64,000 bases of DNA, from positions 1-64,000 of IMG/VR virus record IMGVR_UViG_3300042197_004116; one strand, written 5' to 3'. Below are positions 1 to 10,495 of the stretch, one piece after another. Under the pieces are notes generated by a model. The model searched no databases and was not told where the DNA came from. It worked only from the letters and a program-made list of their open reading frames with translations. The translations under genes were made by a program, and so were the position numbers. The stretch is from a virus. Numbering within the stretch: the stretch's first letter is position 1; every line of letters begins with the position of its first letter.

Positions 1-597
1 TTCTTTCTTATCTTTCTTCTCTTCCGCATCTTCACTAGGAGCGGCAGGAGCTTCTGCATCTTCGCTTTCGCCTTCTGCACCAGCTTCTTCACCGCCAACT
101 TCCTCTTCGCCCTTATCCTCTTCACCGCCAAGAACAGCAGCAAGAACCTCATGTAGCTTTTCAGCAAGATCACGAGGTAGAGAAAAACTTACTTCACCTT
201 CAGAAGCACCAGCTTCTTCACCACCAACATCAATACCAAGATCTACTGCATCCTGTGCATCGGTGCTAGCACCCATTACATCTTCAAAAAGTTTATCAAA
301 ATTTGACTTGCTCATAAAAGTATTTATTTCCTTTTGCTCACTTTTTTCAATATTTTCTTTAAAATTTTGACTAGAAAGTTTTTCCGCACCTTGGAATGTT
401 TCTTCACCTTTTAATTTTTTTGGATCACAAATTTCTTCCTTAAATCCACTTGCTTCTGCAGGACCAGAAGGTTTACTGATAAATTGCTTTTTCTTTTCTT
501 TTGCATCTTTAGCTAGTTCAAATGTATCCTTTGTAGGGAAGCTTACCTTTTCATTATAAAGATTCTCAATATCTTTCATTTGACGTGTTAAATTCAT
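1..597 (-). CDS. Acidic low-complexity protein, probable prohead core/internal head protein (runs off the window edge; missing from the ORF track)
   Basis: Manual translation gives an open frame from ATG 597: MNLTRQMKDIENLYNEK...INTFMSKSNFDKLFEDVMGAS...GGEEAGAEGESEDAEAPAAP. A perfect TATAAATA lies 6 nt upstream. The E/D/A/G-rich composition resembles T4-type core proteins; the function is inferred. Confidence 0.7.
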   Translation of the reverse strand, partial: MNLTRQMKDIENLYNEKVSFPTKDTFELAKDAKEKKKQFISKPSGPAEASGFKEEICDPKKLKGEETFQGAEKLSSQNFKENIEKSEQKEINTFMSKSNFDKLFEDVMGASTDAQDAVDLGIDVGGEEAGASEGEVSFSLPRDLAEKLHEVLAAVLGGEEDKGEEEVGGEEAGAEGESEDAEAPAAPSEDAEEKKDKKE

Positions 598-599
598 AT

Positions 600-614
600 T
601 AAGTATTTATATAA
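600..614. promoter_or_regulatory. Overlapping divergent late-promoter region between the head-protein gene and terL
   Basis: The minus strand has TATAAATA (604-611), the exact T4 late consensus, 6 nt before ATG 597. The plus strand has TAAGTA (600-605) upstream of ATG 615. Only 17 bp separate the two starts. Confidence 0.65.
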
Positions 615-2315
615 ATGAGCGATAATAAAAATAAACAATTTTATTTAGGCAACAAAAATTTACCTAGACCTGACGCTCAATTTGATTATGCATCAAACCC
701 TAAATGGGTAGCCGATATACAAAAATGTAAAAAGAACATATTATATTTTGCTGAGAATTTTTTCTATATTGTTAACCTAGATAGAGGTAAAGAACAAATA
801 CAATTATATAACTATCAAAAGAAAATTTTAAGATCTCTTAGAGATAATAGATTCGTTGTATTATTAGCATCAAGACAGATAGGTAAATCTACACTACTCA
901 CTATATATGCCTTGTGGATTGCTTGCTTTAATGAAGATCAGAACATATTAATAGTAGCAAATAAAGAAAGTACAGCAATCAACATATTCAAAAGAGTTAG
1001 ATTAGCCTACGAACAATTACCAAACTATCTTAAACCTGGTACTGTTGAATATGGAAAGACATCTATGACCCTAGGTAATGGTAGTAGTATAGGAATATCT
1101 ACAACATCTTCTGATGCAGGTAGAGGTAGTTCTGTAAATTGCTTAATTCTTGATGAGTTAGCATTTATTGATAATCATCTTGTTGAACAATTTTGGAGAT
1201 CAGTTTATCCCATTATTTCTTCTTCTAAAAAATCTAAAATTTTTATAGCTAGTACCCCTAACGGAACAGATAATTTGTTTTATGAACTTTATAATGGAGC
1301 TACAGAAGGAAAAAACGACTGGAAAGCAGAAAGGGTTGATTGGTGGGAAGTTCCAGGTAGAGATGAAGACTGGAAAGAAAAAACTATCCGCTCTCTTGGA
1401 AGTACTGAAGCATTTGATCAGGAATTTGGAAATGTATTTTTACAGACAGGTGAAAGTTCTGTTAATGATAAACTTTTTGAAGAAATGAAATCAGAAGTTA
1501 GAGAGCCAGAATATGTTTATGATGATGGAAAATATTTGCTCTGGGATACTTTCAAGCAAGATAGAATTTATGTTGCAGGTGTAGATATAAGCGAAGGAGT
1601 AGGAGCTGCTGCAAGCGTTATACAAATATTTGATATTACAAATTTAAAAAATATAGAACAAGTTGCTACATACCATGATAGAACTATTTCCCCGTATAAT
1701 TTTACTGCTAAACTTTTTGAAATCTTACAACACTGGGGATCACCTCTTGCATGTATAGAGAGAAACAACTGTGGTGCACAGGTTGTTGATCAGCTTAAAA
1801 ACACCTTACATTATGATAATATAGTTTCCTATGGAACAAAATCTGCAGGTAATAAAATAGGTGTACAAGCCCATACAAATACAAAATATAAAGGCGTTAC
1901 AAATATGAGATATTGGATGAATGAGCTTAGAGTTGTAAAAATTAGAGACATCAACACACTAGTTGAATTAAAAAACTTCATAAGGTATGCAAACGGTACA
2001 TGGGGAGCAAGACCTGGTGTTGATAACTGGGATGATAGAGTTATGTCTTTGGTGTGGTCTTTAATTGTACTAGAAAATGAATTAGCAGAAAAATATTTTG
2101 AAGTTCAAGAATTTGATGAAAATAAAAAACCATTAAAAATTAAATCACTAGACTTTGGTATTAAATATTTTATTAATCCAAACAGCATATATAACAATGA
2201 AAAAGATATCACAAACTTTGTTCCATCACCAGTCCTTATACAAGGAAATAATGAAGAACAAAATACAGATATCAATGATCTTCAACAACAAGGATGGAAT
2301 TTTTTAAATGGGTAA
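615..2315 (+). CDS. terL: Terminase large subunit (T4 gp17-like)
   Basis: Q-motif (LYNYQ), Walker A SRQIGKS, Walker B LILDELAF, ASTPNG, nuclease GVDISEG and DDRVMS. Confidence 0.97.
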   Translation: MSDNKNKQFYLGNKNLPRPDAQFDYASNPKWVADIQKCKKNILYFAENFFYIVNLDRGKEQIQLYNYQKKILRSLRDNRFVVLLASRQIGKSTLLTIYALWIACFNEDQNILIVANKESTAINIFKRVRLAYEQLPNYLKPGTVEYGKTSMTLGNGSSIGISTTSSDAGRGSSVNCLILDELAFIDNHLVEQFWRSVYPIISSSKKSKIFIASTPNGTDNLFYELYNGATEGKNDWKAERVDWWEVPGRDEDWKEKTIRSLGSTEAFDQEFGNVFLQTGESSVNDKLFEEMKSEVREPEYVYDDGKYLLWDTFKQDRIYVAGVDISEGVGAAASVIQIFDITNLKNIEQVATYHDRTISPYNFTAKLFEILQHWGSPLACIERNNCGAQVVDQLKNTLHYDNIVSYGTKSAGNKIGVQAHTNTKYKGVTNMRYWMNELRVVKIRDINTLVELKNFIRYANGTWGARPGVDNWDDRVMSLVWSLIVLENELAEKYFEVQEFDENKKPLKIKSLDFGIKYFINPNSIYNNEKDITNFVPSPVLIQGNNEEQNTDINDLQQQGWNFLNG

Positions 2316-2934
2316 TCAAGTACAGTATAATCAATCGCCTTTTAACAAGTTACGCAAAGATAGGTTTTTACTGGTTTTAAATGTGCCAGATGCTTTGAAA
2401 GAAATTAATTCAAAGTTCTTGAGAACTGAAGATCATATTAATTTACCAACTATGCAATTTTCTGTTTTTAGTGTAACAGTTCCTGATGTTAATATTCCTC
2501 AGACTGAAATTATATATGGCGGTCAACCTTTTGTACAATCTAGCTTTGCAAGACCATTATGGGAGCCTGTTACAGTTGGGTTTACAGTAGACAACAGAAT
2601 GAACAATTACTGGGTAATATATAGCTGGTTAAACTTACTAAACGATGCAGAAACTGGTATTTTTGATATTAAAAACTTGACAAACAGACCTGCAGAACTT
2701 AGAAATATTAAACCAAAGATTGAATCTATAGATCTTTATTCAACGGACATCTCTATATTTTTACTAGATGAATATGATAAGAGAGTTGTAGAATTTTTAT
2801 TTAAGAAAGCATTCCCCACGTCACTTGGAGGGATGAACTTAAATTACCGCACCGCAGATGAAATAGAAACATCATTTTCATTTGCTTATTCACAATTTAT
2901 TGTGAAACTGGTTGAAAATGTCAACAATCTTTAA
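2308..2934 (+). CDS. Tail tube terminator/tail completion protein (T4 gp3-like)
   Basis: Tube-fold pattern (SVTVPDVNI, FTVDNRMNNYWVIYSWL, AFPTSLGG, FSFAY) and position next to the sheath gene. Confidence 0.75.
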   Translation: MGNQVQYNQSPFNKLRKDRFLLVLNVPDALKEINSKFLRTEDHINLPTMQFSVFSVTVPDVNIPQTEIIYGGQPFVQSSFARPLWEPVTVGFTVDNRMNNYWVIYSWLNLLNDAETGIFDIKNLTNRPAELRNIKPKIESIDLYSTDISIFLLDEYDKRVVEFLFKKAFPTSLGGMNLNYRTADEIETSFSFAYSQFIVKLVENVNNL

Positions 2935-2965
2935 TTTTTTTTACAAAACTTTGTCTGGAAATAAA

Positions 2966-2971
2966 TAAATA
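2966..2971 (+). promoter_or_regulatory. Late promoter core TAAATA, 6 nt before the sheath ATG
   Basis: Sequence ataaaTAAATActttatATG; matches the recurring motif. Confidence 0.75.
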
Positions 2972-2977
2972 CTTTAT

Positions 2978-5344
2978 ATGGCACAGCGTGTAATTCAAAG
3001 CCCCGGGGTTCAAATAAGTGAAGTAGATTTATCATTAAACCAAGTACCTACAGGTACAACATCTATACTTATTCCTGGATTTGCTTCAAAAGGTCCAATT
3101 GGTGAAACAATTTCTATTGCCAGTCTTTCCGAGTTTGAACAGATTTATGGTCAGCCAACAAATGCTGCCGAAAGATATTTTTATCATACTGTCAAGGCAT
3201 CTTTCTCTAGTCCTTCCGATGTTATAGTATATAGAATGCCATATGGTGAAGGTGCTGGTATAACTTCTACTGATGAATATACTGCTTTAGTATATCCAGT
3301 TGTTGCTTATTATCCCGGTACAAGTGCAATTGATTCCTCAAGCTATACACCAGTATTAAACGGTGATGTAAGAAATACTAACCTAGCAGGAGCAAGCGCA
3401 GTTTACCTCTTTGGATTACCTACACACTTTAAATTGTCTAAGGAAGATTATCTCAATATTCTTCGTGGTACAGCATTTAACTGGAGCCCTTCTGTAAGTT
3501 CTGCTAATACTCCCGGCTTTACAACATCTTTTAAGACTATAAATGATCTTGGAAAAGCTGGTCTAATTATCCTCAATAAGTCACAGTCATCAATCAATAG
3601 CAGGTATGAAGGTTATTATCTTGGTATTATAGACAACACTAATTTAAATCCTGCAACTGTATATGATGATATTAACAAAGTACTTTCTATCAATTCTAAT
3701 GCTGCAACAATCAGTGGTAACCAATATATTCCTCTACCACCTGCAAGATTATCATTCCCTCTATCTGCCACACAAGCAGGTGTAGGTAATAGCGTATCTG
3801 AAGCAATAGAAAATATACCAACATTTGACATTTACAGCAGCCAGTTTGATGATACAGCTGTATTAGGGGTGTTCAAGCTCCGTCAGTCTGTGTTTTCTCC
3901 TGATACAATTTCCCTAGATTACGTTCTAGAAGAAAGCTATGTAGGATCATTTGATTACTACCGCCAGATTAATGATGAGTCTGGTGGCCCTGCTAAGAGC
4001 TTCTTTATGGAGACTCTAGATAATAATTCTCTAGCAGTTACAACCTTAGTCAATCCTTACATCTCTAACAAGGGAGGTAATACATGGCTTGATGATAATG
4101 GTATACCAACTAAGAAAGTACGTTTCTTAGGTTCACAGCTTCTCAACACCATTGCTGGTGACACCCCTGCTACATATACAACTAGGGTAGGTGCTCCAAG
4201 CGCAGTTATTGCTGAATTTAACAGCTCTCTTGGTACACCAACAAATGCTTTAGTAGCACTTGGTGATTATACTTCACAAGATATTGAAACAAAGATTATT
4301 GGCAATGTACCTGCTAAGCTACAAGGCTTATTTGACAAGGTTGAAAATGCTGATATTTATTCTTTCAATATTGCTGTTGAAGCAGGGTTAGGAACAGTTT
4401 ATGTTAATGCCCAGAATCCAGCAACTAGTGGATACTTTGATGATTCCATTGGATATTCTGCAGTCCAAACTGGATTAACTGCACAAAACACCGGTACAAC
4501 ATCGCAAGTACAGACTCTTTATAATGCTGTTGCTTCTGAATTTGTAAATTTTGCAGAAAAGAAACGTAAAGACTTATTGTTTATTGCTGATCCTATTACA
4601 AACATATTTGTAGAAGGCCAGAACATTAAGACCCTAGATGATCCTACCAAAACATTCTCCGGTAACATCTATTGGCCATTAAGAAATCAGTTCTCTGGTA
4701 TTAATTCAAGCTTTGTTTGTACATATGCAAATTGTGTGAAGGTAACAGATATTGCTTCATCTCAAGAAGTATGGGTACCATTCTCTGGTTTTGCTGCAGC
4801 ATTAATGGGTAATACTGATAGTAACTATCAGCCTTGGTTTGCTCCTGCAGGATTTACAAGAGGTATTGTAACAGGTATAACAGATCTAGGGCTGTTCCCC
4901 AAGCAAAATCAAAGAGATCTTCTTTATAAGATTAATTTGAACCCTGTTGTTTTCTTCCCAGGTGAAGGCTTTGTAGTATACGGTCAAAAGACCCTACAGA
5001 GAAAGCCAAGTGCATTTGATAGAATTAATGTACGTAGATTGTTTATTAACCTTGAAACCGCTGTGAAAAATACTGTAAAATACTTTGTGTTTGAACCCAA
5101 CACACTCTTCACTAGAACACAGGTTGTTAATACACTCACACCAATATTTGATAATGCAAAAAATACACAAGGAGTATATGATTACTTGATCATATGTGAC
5201 GAAAGAAATAATACACCTGAAATTATTGATCAAAATACTTTGGTTGTTGACATTTATATCAAACCAACAAGAGCTGCAGAATTTATCCTTGCTAACTTCT
5301 ATGCTACACGTACTGGTGTAAGCTTCCAGGAGATAGTATCATAA
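2978..5344 (+). CDS. gp18: Tail sheath protein (T4 gp18-like)
   Basis: N-terminal SPGVQISEVDLS; C-terminal PWFAPAGFTRG, YGQKTL, FDRINVRRLF, FEPN, DIYIKPTRAAEFI. Confidence 0.97.
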   Translation: MAQRVIQSPGVQISEVDLSLNQVPTGTTSILIPGFASKGPIGETISIASLSEFEQIYGQPTNAAERYFYHTVKASFSSPSDVIVYRMPYGEGAGITSTDEYTALVYPVVAYYPGTSAIDSSSYTPVLNGDVRNTNLAGASAVYLFGLPTHFKLSKEDYLNILRGTAFNWSPSVSSANTPGFTTSFKTINDLGKAGLIILNKSQSSINSRYEGYYLGIIDNTNLNPATVYDDINKVLSINSNAATISGNQYIPLPPARLSFPLSATQAGVGNSVSEAIENIPTFDIYSSQFDDTAVLGVFKLRQSVFSPDTISLDYVLEESYVGSFDYYRQINDESGGPAKSFFMETLDNNSLAVTTLVNPYISNKGGNTWLDDNGIPTKKVRFLGSQLLNTIAGDTPATYTTRVGAPSAVIAEFNSSLGTPTNALVALGDYTSQDIETKIIGNVPAKLQGLFDKVENADIYSFNIAVEAGLGTVYVNAQNPATSGYFDDSIGYSAVQTGLTAQNTGTTSQVQTLYNAVASEFVNFAEKKRKDLLFIADPITNIFVEGQNIKTLDDPTKTFSGNIYWPLRNQFSGINSSFVCTYANCVKVTDIASSQEVWVPFSGFAAALMGNTDSNYQPWFAPAGFTRGIVTGITDLGLFPKQNQRDLLYKINLNPVVFFPGEGFVVYGQKTLQRKPSAFDRINVRRLFINLETAVKNTVKYFVFEPNTLFTRTQVVNTLTPIFDNAKNTQGVYDYLIICDERNNTPEIIDQNTLVVDIYIKPTRAAEFILANFYATRTGVSFQEIVS

Positions 5345-5358
5345 AATATGAAGGGTAA

Positions 5359-5364
5359 TAAATA
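5359..5364 (+). promoter_or_regulatory. Late promoter core TAAATA, 5 nt before the tube ATG
   Basis: TAAATAattttATG. Confidence 0.75.
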
Positions 5365-5369
5365 ATTTT

Positions 5370-5918
5370 ATGGCAGACGTAAATCAACTTATTCAAGACT
5401 TTTATAGAGTAGCTCAAAATCGTGAGTTTGCTCGTGATTATAACTTTAGAGTACTATCTATTAACACTGGTGGTGTTGGTGATATTACTTTTGATCAAGA
5501 TGATTTAGTTTATGTTAAGACAGCTTCTCTACCTGAAAGAGCTATTTCCAATGTAGCAGTCCCTTATATGGGATTGAACTTCAATATACCTGGCAATGCA
5601 ACCTATCCAGGTTCTGAAGCTTATCAGCTAACTTTTTATGCTGATGCACAGTCACAAATTAGACAGAAATTTGAGCAATGGTCACAAGCTATTTTTAACG
5701 ATGCAACTTCTACAGGTAATTACTTCTCACCTAAGCAGACAGCCGTTATAGACCTAGTACAGCTAGATAATCAAATGAACAAGGTTGCACAATATCAATT
5801 GGTTGGTGTTTCTGTTAGAAGTGTTGGCCCATTAAGCTATAATATTTCTGAAGGTACAGGCAATACTATTGAATTTGTTGCTACTGTCTCATTTCACTAC
5901 TGGAGAAAGACAAGCTAA
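5370..5918 (+). CDS. gp19: Tail tube protein (T4 gp19-like)
   Basis: Follows the sheath gene; 182 aa; KTASLP, VPYMG, RQKFEQW, IEFVATVSFHYW fit the gp19 pattern. Confidence 0.88.
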   Translation: MADVNQLIQDFYRVAQNREFARDYNFRVLSINTGGVGDITFDQDDLVYVKTASLPERAISNVAVPYMGLNFNIPGNATYPGSEAYQLTFYADAQSQIRQKFEQWSQAIFNDATSTGNYFSPKQTAVIDLVQLDNQMNKVAQYQLVGVSVRSVGPLSYNISEGTGNTIEFVATVSFHYWRKTS

Positions 5919-5930
5919 TTAAATAATTAG

Positions 5931-6839
5931 GTGAATAATCCGTTCACCTCAGCACTAGAATCACTAGGCAAGAATTTTACCGGGGTATTTAACGGTACTA
6001 ACCCTTCTTTTGCACCTCAAATATTAGAACTTTTTGGTTTTAATATACCAGGGGTACCGTTAATCAGCCCAAGAGACTATTTTCTCTTTCAAATGGAATC
6101 GTGGTTTACTGCGCTTCCCATGTCAACTCAATGGATTATAGTTATAGATAATTACCCTGCAGCACTCCGTACAGATATAATACAAGCATTAGAAAGAATA
6201 GATGGTAGTAAAAAGGGGTATGATATTTCTACAGCTGTAACTATTTTAAAAAGCTTTCCTTTACAAAGAATTATTGGTTGCTTATTTGCAAGTTCTATAT
6301 CTATACCTTCTGAGCAGTATAATGTTGATTCAGTTGCTGTTCCTAACAATAGAGGGTTTTTACCTGGTATTATTGCTAGTAACAGACAAATTGATCCACC
6401 TACATTAACTATAGAATTTAGAGATACAAACACATCTTTTATTGATCACTTGTTAAGACCTTGGGCTATATTAGCATCACACTACGGGTATACTGCAAGA
6501 CCAGGTGACACACCAGGAAAAAGAGATCCTTTAAACATGAAATGTAACATGACTCTTTTACAATACGGAAGAACAATAGAAAGCATTTCTATGATTCCTA
6601 GAAAAGCTTGGACATTTTATAACTGTGTACCCTACAACATTGGTGAAGAAAGTTTTAACTATAGTGATGAAACTGTGAATAATTTTATGACAAGATGGAC
6701 CTATTCTAACTATACAGTTGAAAGTAGCTTATATTTACCTGTTGCCGATATAGTAAACAGAATATCCAATGGAGAAATCCCAAGAGTTACTACCTTCCAA
6801 AACGGTATAGGTAGTATAAATCCATTAGGCTTCTTATAA
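5931..6839 (+). CDS. Baseplate tube-initiator protein (gp54-like, tube fold)
   Basis: Tube-fold paralog features (SISIPSE, IEFRDTN, RPW, FYNCVP, WTYSNY), synteny, and TAAATA-N5-GTG. Confidence 0.6.
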   Translation: MNNPFTSALESLGKNFTGVFNGTNPSFAPQILELFGFNIPGVPLISPRDYFLFQMESWFTALPMSTQWIIVIDNYPAALRTDIIQALERIDGSKKGYDISTAVTILKSFPLQRIIGCLFASSISIPSEQYNVDSVAVPNNRGFLPGIIASNRQIDPPTLTIEFRDTNTSFIDHLLRPWAILASHYGYTARPGDTPGKRDPLNMKCNMTLLQYGRTIESISMIPRKAWTFYNCVPYNIGEESFNYSDETVNNFMTRWTYSNYTVESSLYLPVADIVNRISNGEIPRVTTFQNGIGSINPLGFL

Positions 6840-6848
6840 GTCTTTTAA

Positions 6849-7700
6849 ATGGACTTTTATCTAAATTTTACACTGCCATCTTCTACACTAAAAGCTAAAG
6901 TTAAAGAACTCTCGTTTAAACAGCTAAGATCTCTCAATAAATTTATTTCTAATAAAGATGAAAGTTCAATTTCATATGCATTTGAAACAATACTCAATGA
7001 AAATATACACAATTTTAGTGAATTACCACCTCTAAACAATCTAGAAAAATTTTGTATATTATTTTTAATTAGAATGGCATCTATATCTCCTGAAATAGAG
7101 TTTAAAAAAGATTTAGTACTCAGAAAATTAAATCTTGGCACTCTTTTTAATACTTTAACAAACAAAAAATTTATTTTTTCTAGAGAAATAGTAAAAGAAA
7201 ATATTGAATTAAAATTGTCTCTACCAAAATCTCTTTACTTTAATGAACTTTTTAACAATCTTTATGAATGTTTAGATGAAATTAAAATTAATAATGATAA
7301 AATTATTAAAGTAAACAACCTTACACAAGAAGAAAAATTAATTCTATATGAAAATCTACCAGCACATGTATTAAATGAACTAAAAGATCATAAAAATTTT
7401 ATTGAAAATCAATTTACTGAAATTGAATTCAAGATTGATGAAGAAAATAAAATTGAAATTACCCCTTTTAGCCATTCTTTATTTGAATTATTGAAATTAA
7501 TCTATTCAATTGATCTTAAAACACTTTATGACCTTCATTTCTTAATAGTAACCAAGCTCAATTATTCTCCTGATTATGTAGACAGTAATACTTTACTTGA
7601 AAATGTTATATTAATAAACAATTATAATGATGAAGCTGCCAAGGCCGCAGAGGAATCAAAGAAATCAGCACTGGATGCTAAGAATCCCTTAAATAAATAG
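6849..7700 (+). CDS. Baseplate hub assembly protein (gp26/gp51-like)
   Basis: gp26-like EKFCILFLIRMASIS and a gp51-like C-terminal helix (LHFLIVTKLNYSPDYVDSNTLLE); paralogous to the next ORF. Confidence 0.55.
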   Translation: MDFYLNFTLPSSTLKAKVKELSFKQLRSLNKFISNKDESSISYAFETILNENIHNFSELPPLNNLEKFCILFLIRMASISPEIEFKKDLVLRKLNLGTLFNTLTNKKFIFSREIVKENIELKLSLPKSLYFNELFNNLYECLDEIKINNDKIIKVNNLTQEEKLILYENLPAHVLNELKDHKNFIENQFTEIEFKIDEENKIEITPFSHSLFELLKLIYSIDLKTLYDLHFLIVTKLNYSPDYVDSNTLLENVILINNYNDEAAKAAEESKKSALDAKNPLNK

Positions 7701-7704
7701 CATT

Positions 7705-8448
7705 ATGGACAATAAGTTTAATGATGTAATAAATTCACTTAATGAATTGACTAAGAGTTATGAAATTTTTGTCCCCTCTTTAAATAGGAAGGTAAAATTT
7801 ACTGGTATTTCCGCTAAGCAACAAAAAGAAACAATTCAATGTGTTTTAGATAAAGACCTAACAGGTATTACTTTCTCTATTCTTGGGACTGACATACTTC
7901 TTAACAACCTAACTGACAAATCTGTACAATTATTAATTTCAGATAAGAATTACTTACTTGCATGCTTAAGAGCTTTATCTCTTTCTGACAAATACAAGAC
8001 AGTAAATGAAGAAATTTCTCTCACACCTCTTGTTAGCCACAACATCTCATTCCCTGAAGAGCTTAAAAGTAAGGTAATTACAGATAATGATTTAACCATT
8101 ACAATTGAAACACCAAATTTAGGCAAAGACAGGCTTATTAACAATGAAACCAAGAACAGAGTTTCAGAAGACTTAAATTCAAATGAATCTTCCAGGGAAT
8201 TCTTGGGTGAAGTTTACATGAATGAAGTTGTTAAGTTCATAAAGCTAATAAAGACACCTAAAGTTGAATTAAATTTTGACGAACTTACATTTAAACAGAA
8301 AATTCAAGTTGTAGAGAAGTTTCCTGTCTCAACAGTTTCAAGTATTGTAGAGTTTATTAATAAAGTAAGAGAGTTTGATAAGAGCTTGTTTACAGTTGAC
8401 GGTAAAGAAATAATTATCTCTATTGACCCTACACTTTTTACACTCTAA
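7705..8448 (+). CDS. Baseplate hub assembly chaperone (gp26-like)
   Basis: IFVPSLNRKVKF...KQQK...DKNYLLACLRALS pattern; TAAATA-N5-ATG. Confidence 0.6.
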   Translation: MDNKFNDVINSLNELTKSYEIFVPSLNRKVKFTGISAKQQKETIQCVLDKDLTGITFSILGTDILLNNLTDKSVQLLISDKNYLLACLRALSLSDKYKTVNEEISLTPLVSHNISFPEELKSKVITDNDLTITIETPNLGKDRLINNETKNRVSEDLNSNESSREFLGEVYMNEVVKFIKLIKTPKVELNFDELTFKQKIQVVEKFPVSTVSSIVEFINKVREFDKSLFTVDGKEIIISIDPTLFTL

Positions 8449-8474
8449 TTTTAATTTAAATCTTAAATATTATT

Positions 8475-10487
8475 GTGACCCCCGAGTTAGAACAGATATC
8501 TACAAATATAGCTTCTTTAGATCAAAAAGTTACCTCTGTTCTTGATTATCTTCAAGGAAGAGAACCAAAAGAAAATAAAAATGACCTATATTCTTTCTTT
8601 GATAATAAGGAAGATGAAGAGAGAGCAGAAAGAAATAGATATGTAAGGTTTGAGAGAAAGAAAAGAATTTATCAATCTATCCCTATTAATGTAGACGGAA
8701 TTTCAACAGATGGAAAAAGAGAGTTAGAGAAAATTCTTAAAGGCTTAATGCCAAAAGAAGAGAAAATAAAACTACCAGTACCTAAACCACCTTTTCCTGC
8801 ATTATTAGCAGGTTTAGCTGCATTAGGAATAGTATTATGGGCACTACATAAACTTTTAAATGCAAAATTATCAGATTTATTAAGACAGCTTACAGGTATA
8901 GCAAACTTACTGCCAAAAAACTGGAAAGATATCTTTCCAATACCCGAAACTCCAAAAATACCTACCCCAGGCACTAAGATTGCACCAAAAGGCACAAGAG
9001 CGTCCGCAGAAGCAAAAGCATTAGAAGAAGCAGCAATTGCTGCAAAAAAAGCAAAGATTGCTGTTCTTAGAGACCCTTCATTTATCAAGGGAACACCAGA
9101 ATATCAGAAATTTATAAAAGGAGCATATCTCTCAGACGCTGAAAGATTGGCAGTACAAAAGCAAATTAAAACTTTACCAAAATTTATAATAGACGGTAGT
9201 GTTAAAGATGCTGAAAACTTTTTAAAATATATTTCTGGAGTAGATAGAATGGCAGGTATAAACCCTGAAACTGATAAATTGGTAATAAAAACAAGAGAAA
9301 TGATAAGACTTAAATTGCTTGGGTTATCTCCAGATGAATTAAGAAATATTAATAATGAACTCAAGCCTGTCATAATGAAATCACGTTTAGGGATAATTGA
9401 GGATATGATTTATGCAGTAAAAGAAATTCCTGGTACACTAAGAGGAATGGCTTCAGAAGTTATTAAATCTCCTTTTACACAAGAGGAGTGGAGCAAAACA
9501 TTTGGTGTAATAGAAGATATATTTAAAGACTTAGGTAATTCTGTTGGAGAAAAATTAACAGCTGCTAAGACCTCTATAATGGAGAGTAAACCAGTTCAAG
9601 CCACACTACAAGCAGCAGAAGGTCTCTCTAATAAAGTAAAAGCAGCAGTTGCAAGATTAGGCCCTATTCTGCGTGTATTGGAAAAACCTTTAGCAGCTTA
9701 TATTATTTGGGAGGATTATAGTGAAAATATTAAAAATAAAGGAGAGAATTTGAATGCCCAGCTTGAAGGGTTGCAGGCTGGTATGATAAGATGGCTAACT
9801 TTTGGTGCAGCAGATTTAAAAGACGTTAATGATAAAACTGAGAAAATTAATAAGGCCTGGCAAGAAAGCAAACATACTGAAGCTTACATAAGAGGAGTAA
9901 CTCAGCTTGTAGACTTTGGTCTTTCTATGCCAAATGTTGCTTTGCAAAAATTTTATGAATTAATAGGTAAAAAAGACTATGCAGAGTATTACAAAAATAT
10001 AGCTAAAGATATTGATGTAATGGATTGGTATAATTATGCTGCAGCAAAAACTTATGAAGCATTATACAACATAGTTGATTGGATTACTCTAGGGTATGGA
10101 GTTAAAAAACCCAAGCCTGCTGAACCTGTAAAACAGGACTTTGTATACAGACCTGGTCAACGCCCCGTTTCGTTTAGCCCTAATGATACTATTATTGGTG
10201 TTAAAGATTTAAGAGTATTAACAAGATCTAGCGAACAAACAGTGGAGAAAAATATGAAGATATTTGTAGATGTAATTGAAAAATCTAATAAATCAGTTGT
10301 TTTAGAATTGAAAGAAGAAAGGCTTCTTACGCAAAGATTGACTGAAAATATTAAACAGCTCTCTGATACTATAATTGCTCAAAGTAAAAACAATGTCAAT
10401 ATGGTTAACAACAGCCGTAACCTTACTAATATTTCTATGAATCCCACTACTGCTAAAAGCTACCGTGACAGCGTGATTTACTCATAA
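8475..10487 (+). CDS. Tape-measure/baseplate hub protein (gp29-like)
   Basis: Long helical A/K-rich protein with a hydrophobic segment (ALLAGLAALGIVLWAL) and C-terminal DFVYRPG...NDTIIGVK; lies after the hub chaperones; TAAATA-N5-GTG. Confidence 0.55.
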   Translation: MTPELEQISTNIASLDQKVTSVLDYLQGREPKENKNDLYSFFDNKEDEERAERNRYVRFERKKRIYQSIPINVDGISTDGKRELEKILKGLMPKEEKIKLPVPKPPFPALLAGLAALGIVLWALHKLLNAKLSDLLRQLTGIANLLPKNWKDIFPIPETPKIPTPGTKIAPKGTRASAEAKALEEAAIAAKKAKIAVLRDPSFIKGTPEYQKFIKGAYLSDAERLAVQKQIKTLPKFIIDGSVKDAENFLKYISGVDRMAGINPETDKLVIKTREMIRLKLLGLSPDELRNINNELKPVIMKSRLGIIEDMIYAVKEIPGTLRGMASEVIKSPFTQEEWSKTFGVIEDIFKDLGNSVGEKLTAAKTSIMESKPVQATLQAAEGLSNKVKAAVARLGPILRVLEKPLAAYIIWEDYSENIKNKGENLNAQLEGLQAGMIRWLTFGAADLKDVNDKTEKINKAWQESKHTEAYIRGVTQLVDFGLSMPNVALQKFYELIGKKDYAEYYKNIAKDIDVMDWYNYAAAKTYEALYNIVDWITLGYGVKKPKPAEPVKQDFVYRPGQRPVSFSPNDTIIGVKDLRVLTRSSEQTVEKNMKIFVDVIEKSNKSVVLELKEERLLTQRLTENIKQLSDTIIAQSKNNVNMVNNSRNLTNISMNPTTAKSYRDSVIYS

Positions 10488-10495
10488 GTATTATT

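Noticed and set aside
615-2315. Intein or intron in terL
   Set aside because: Normal length with contiguous motifs; no splicing or homing-endonuclease signatures.
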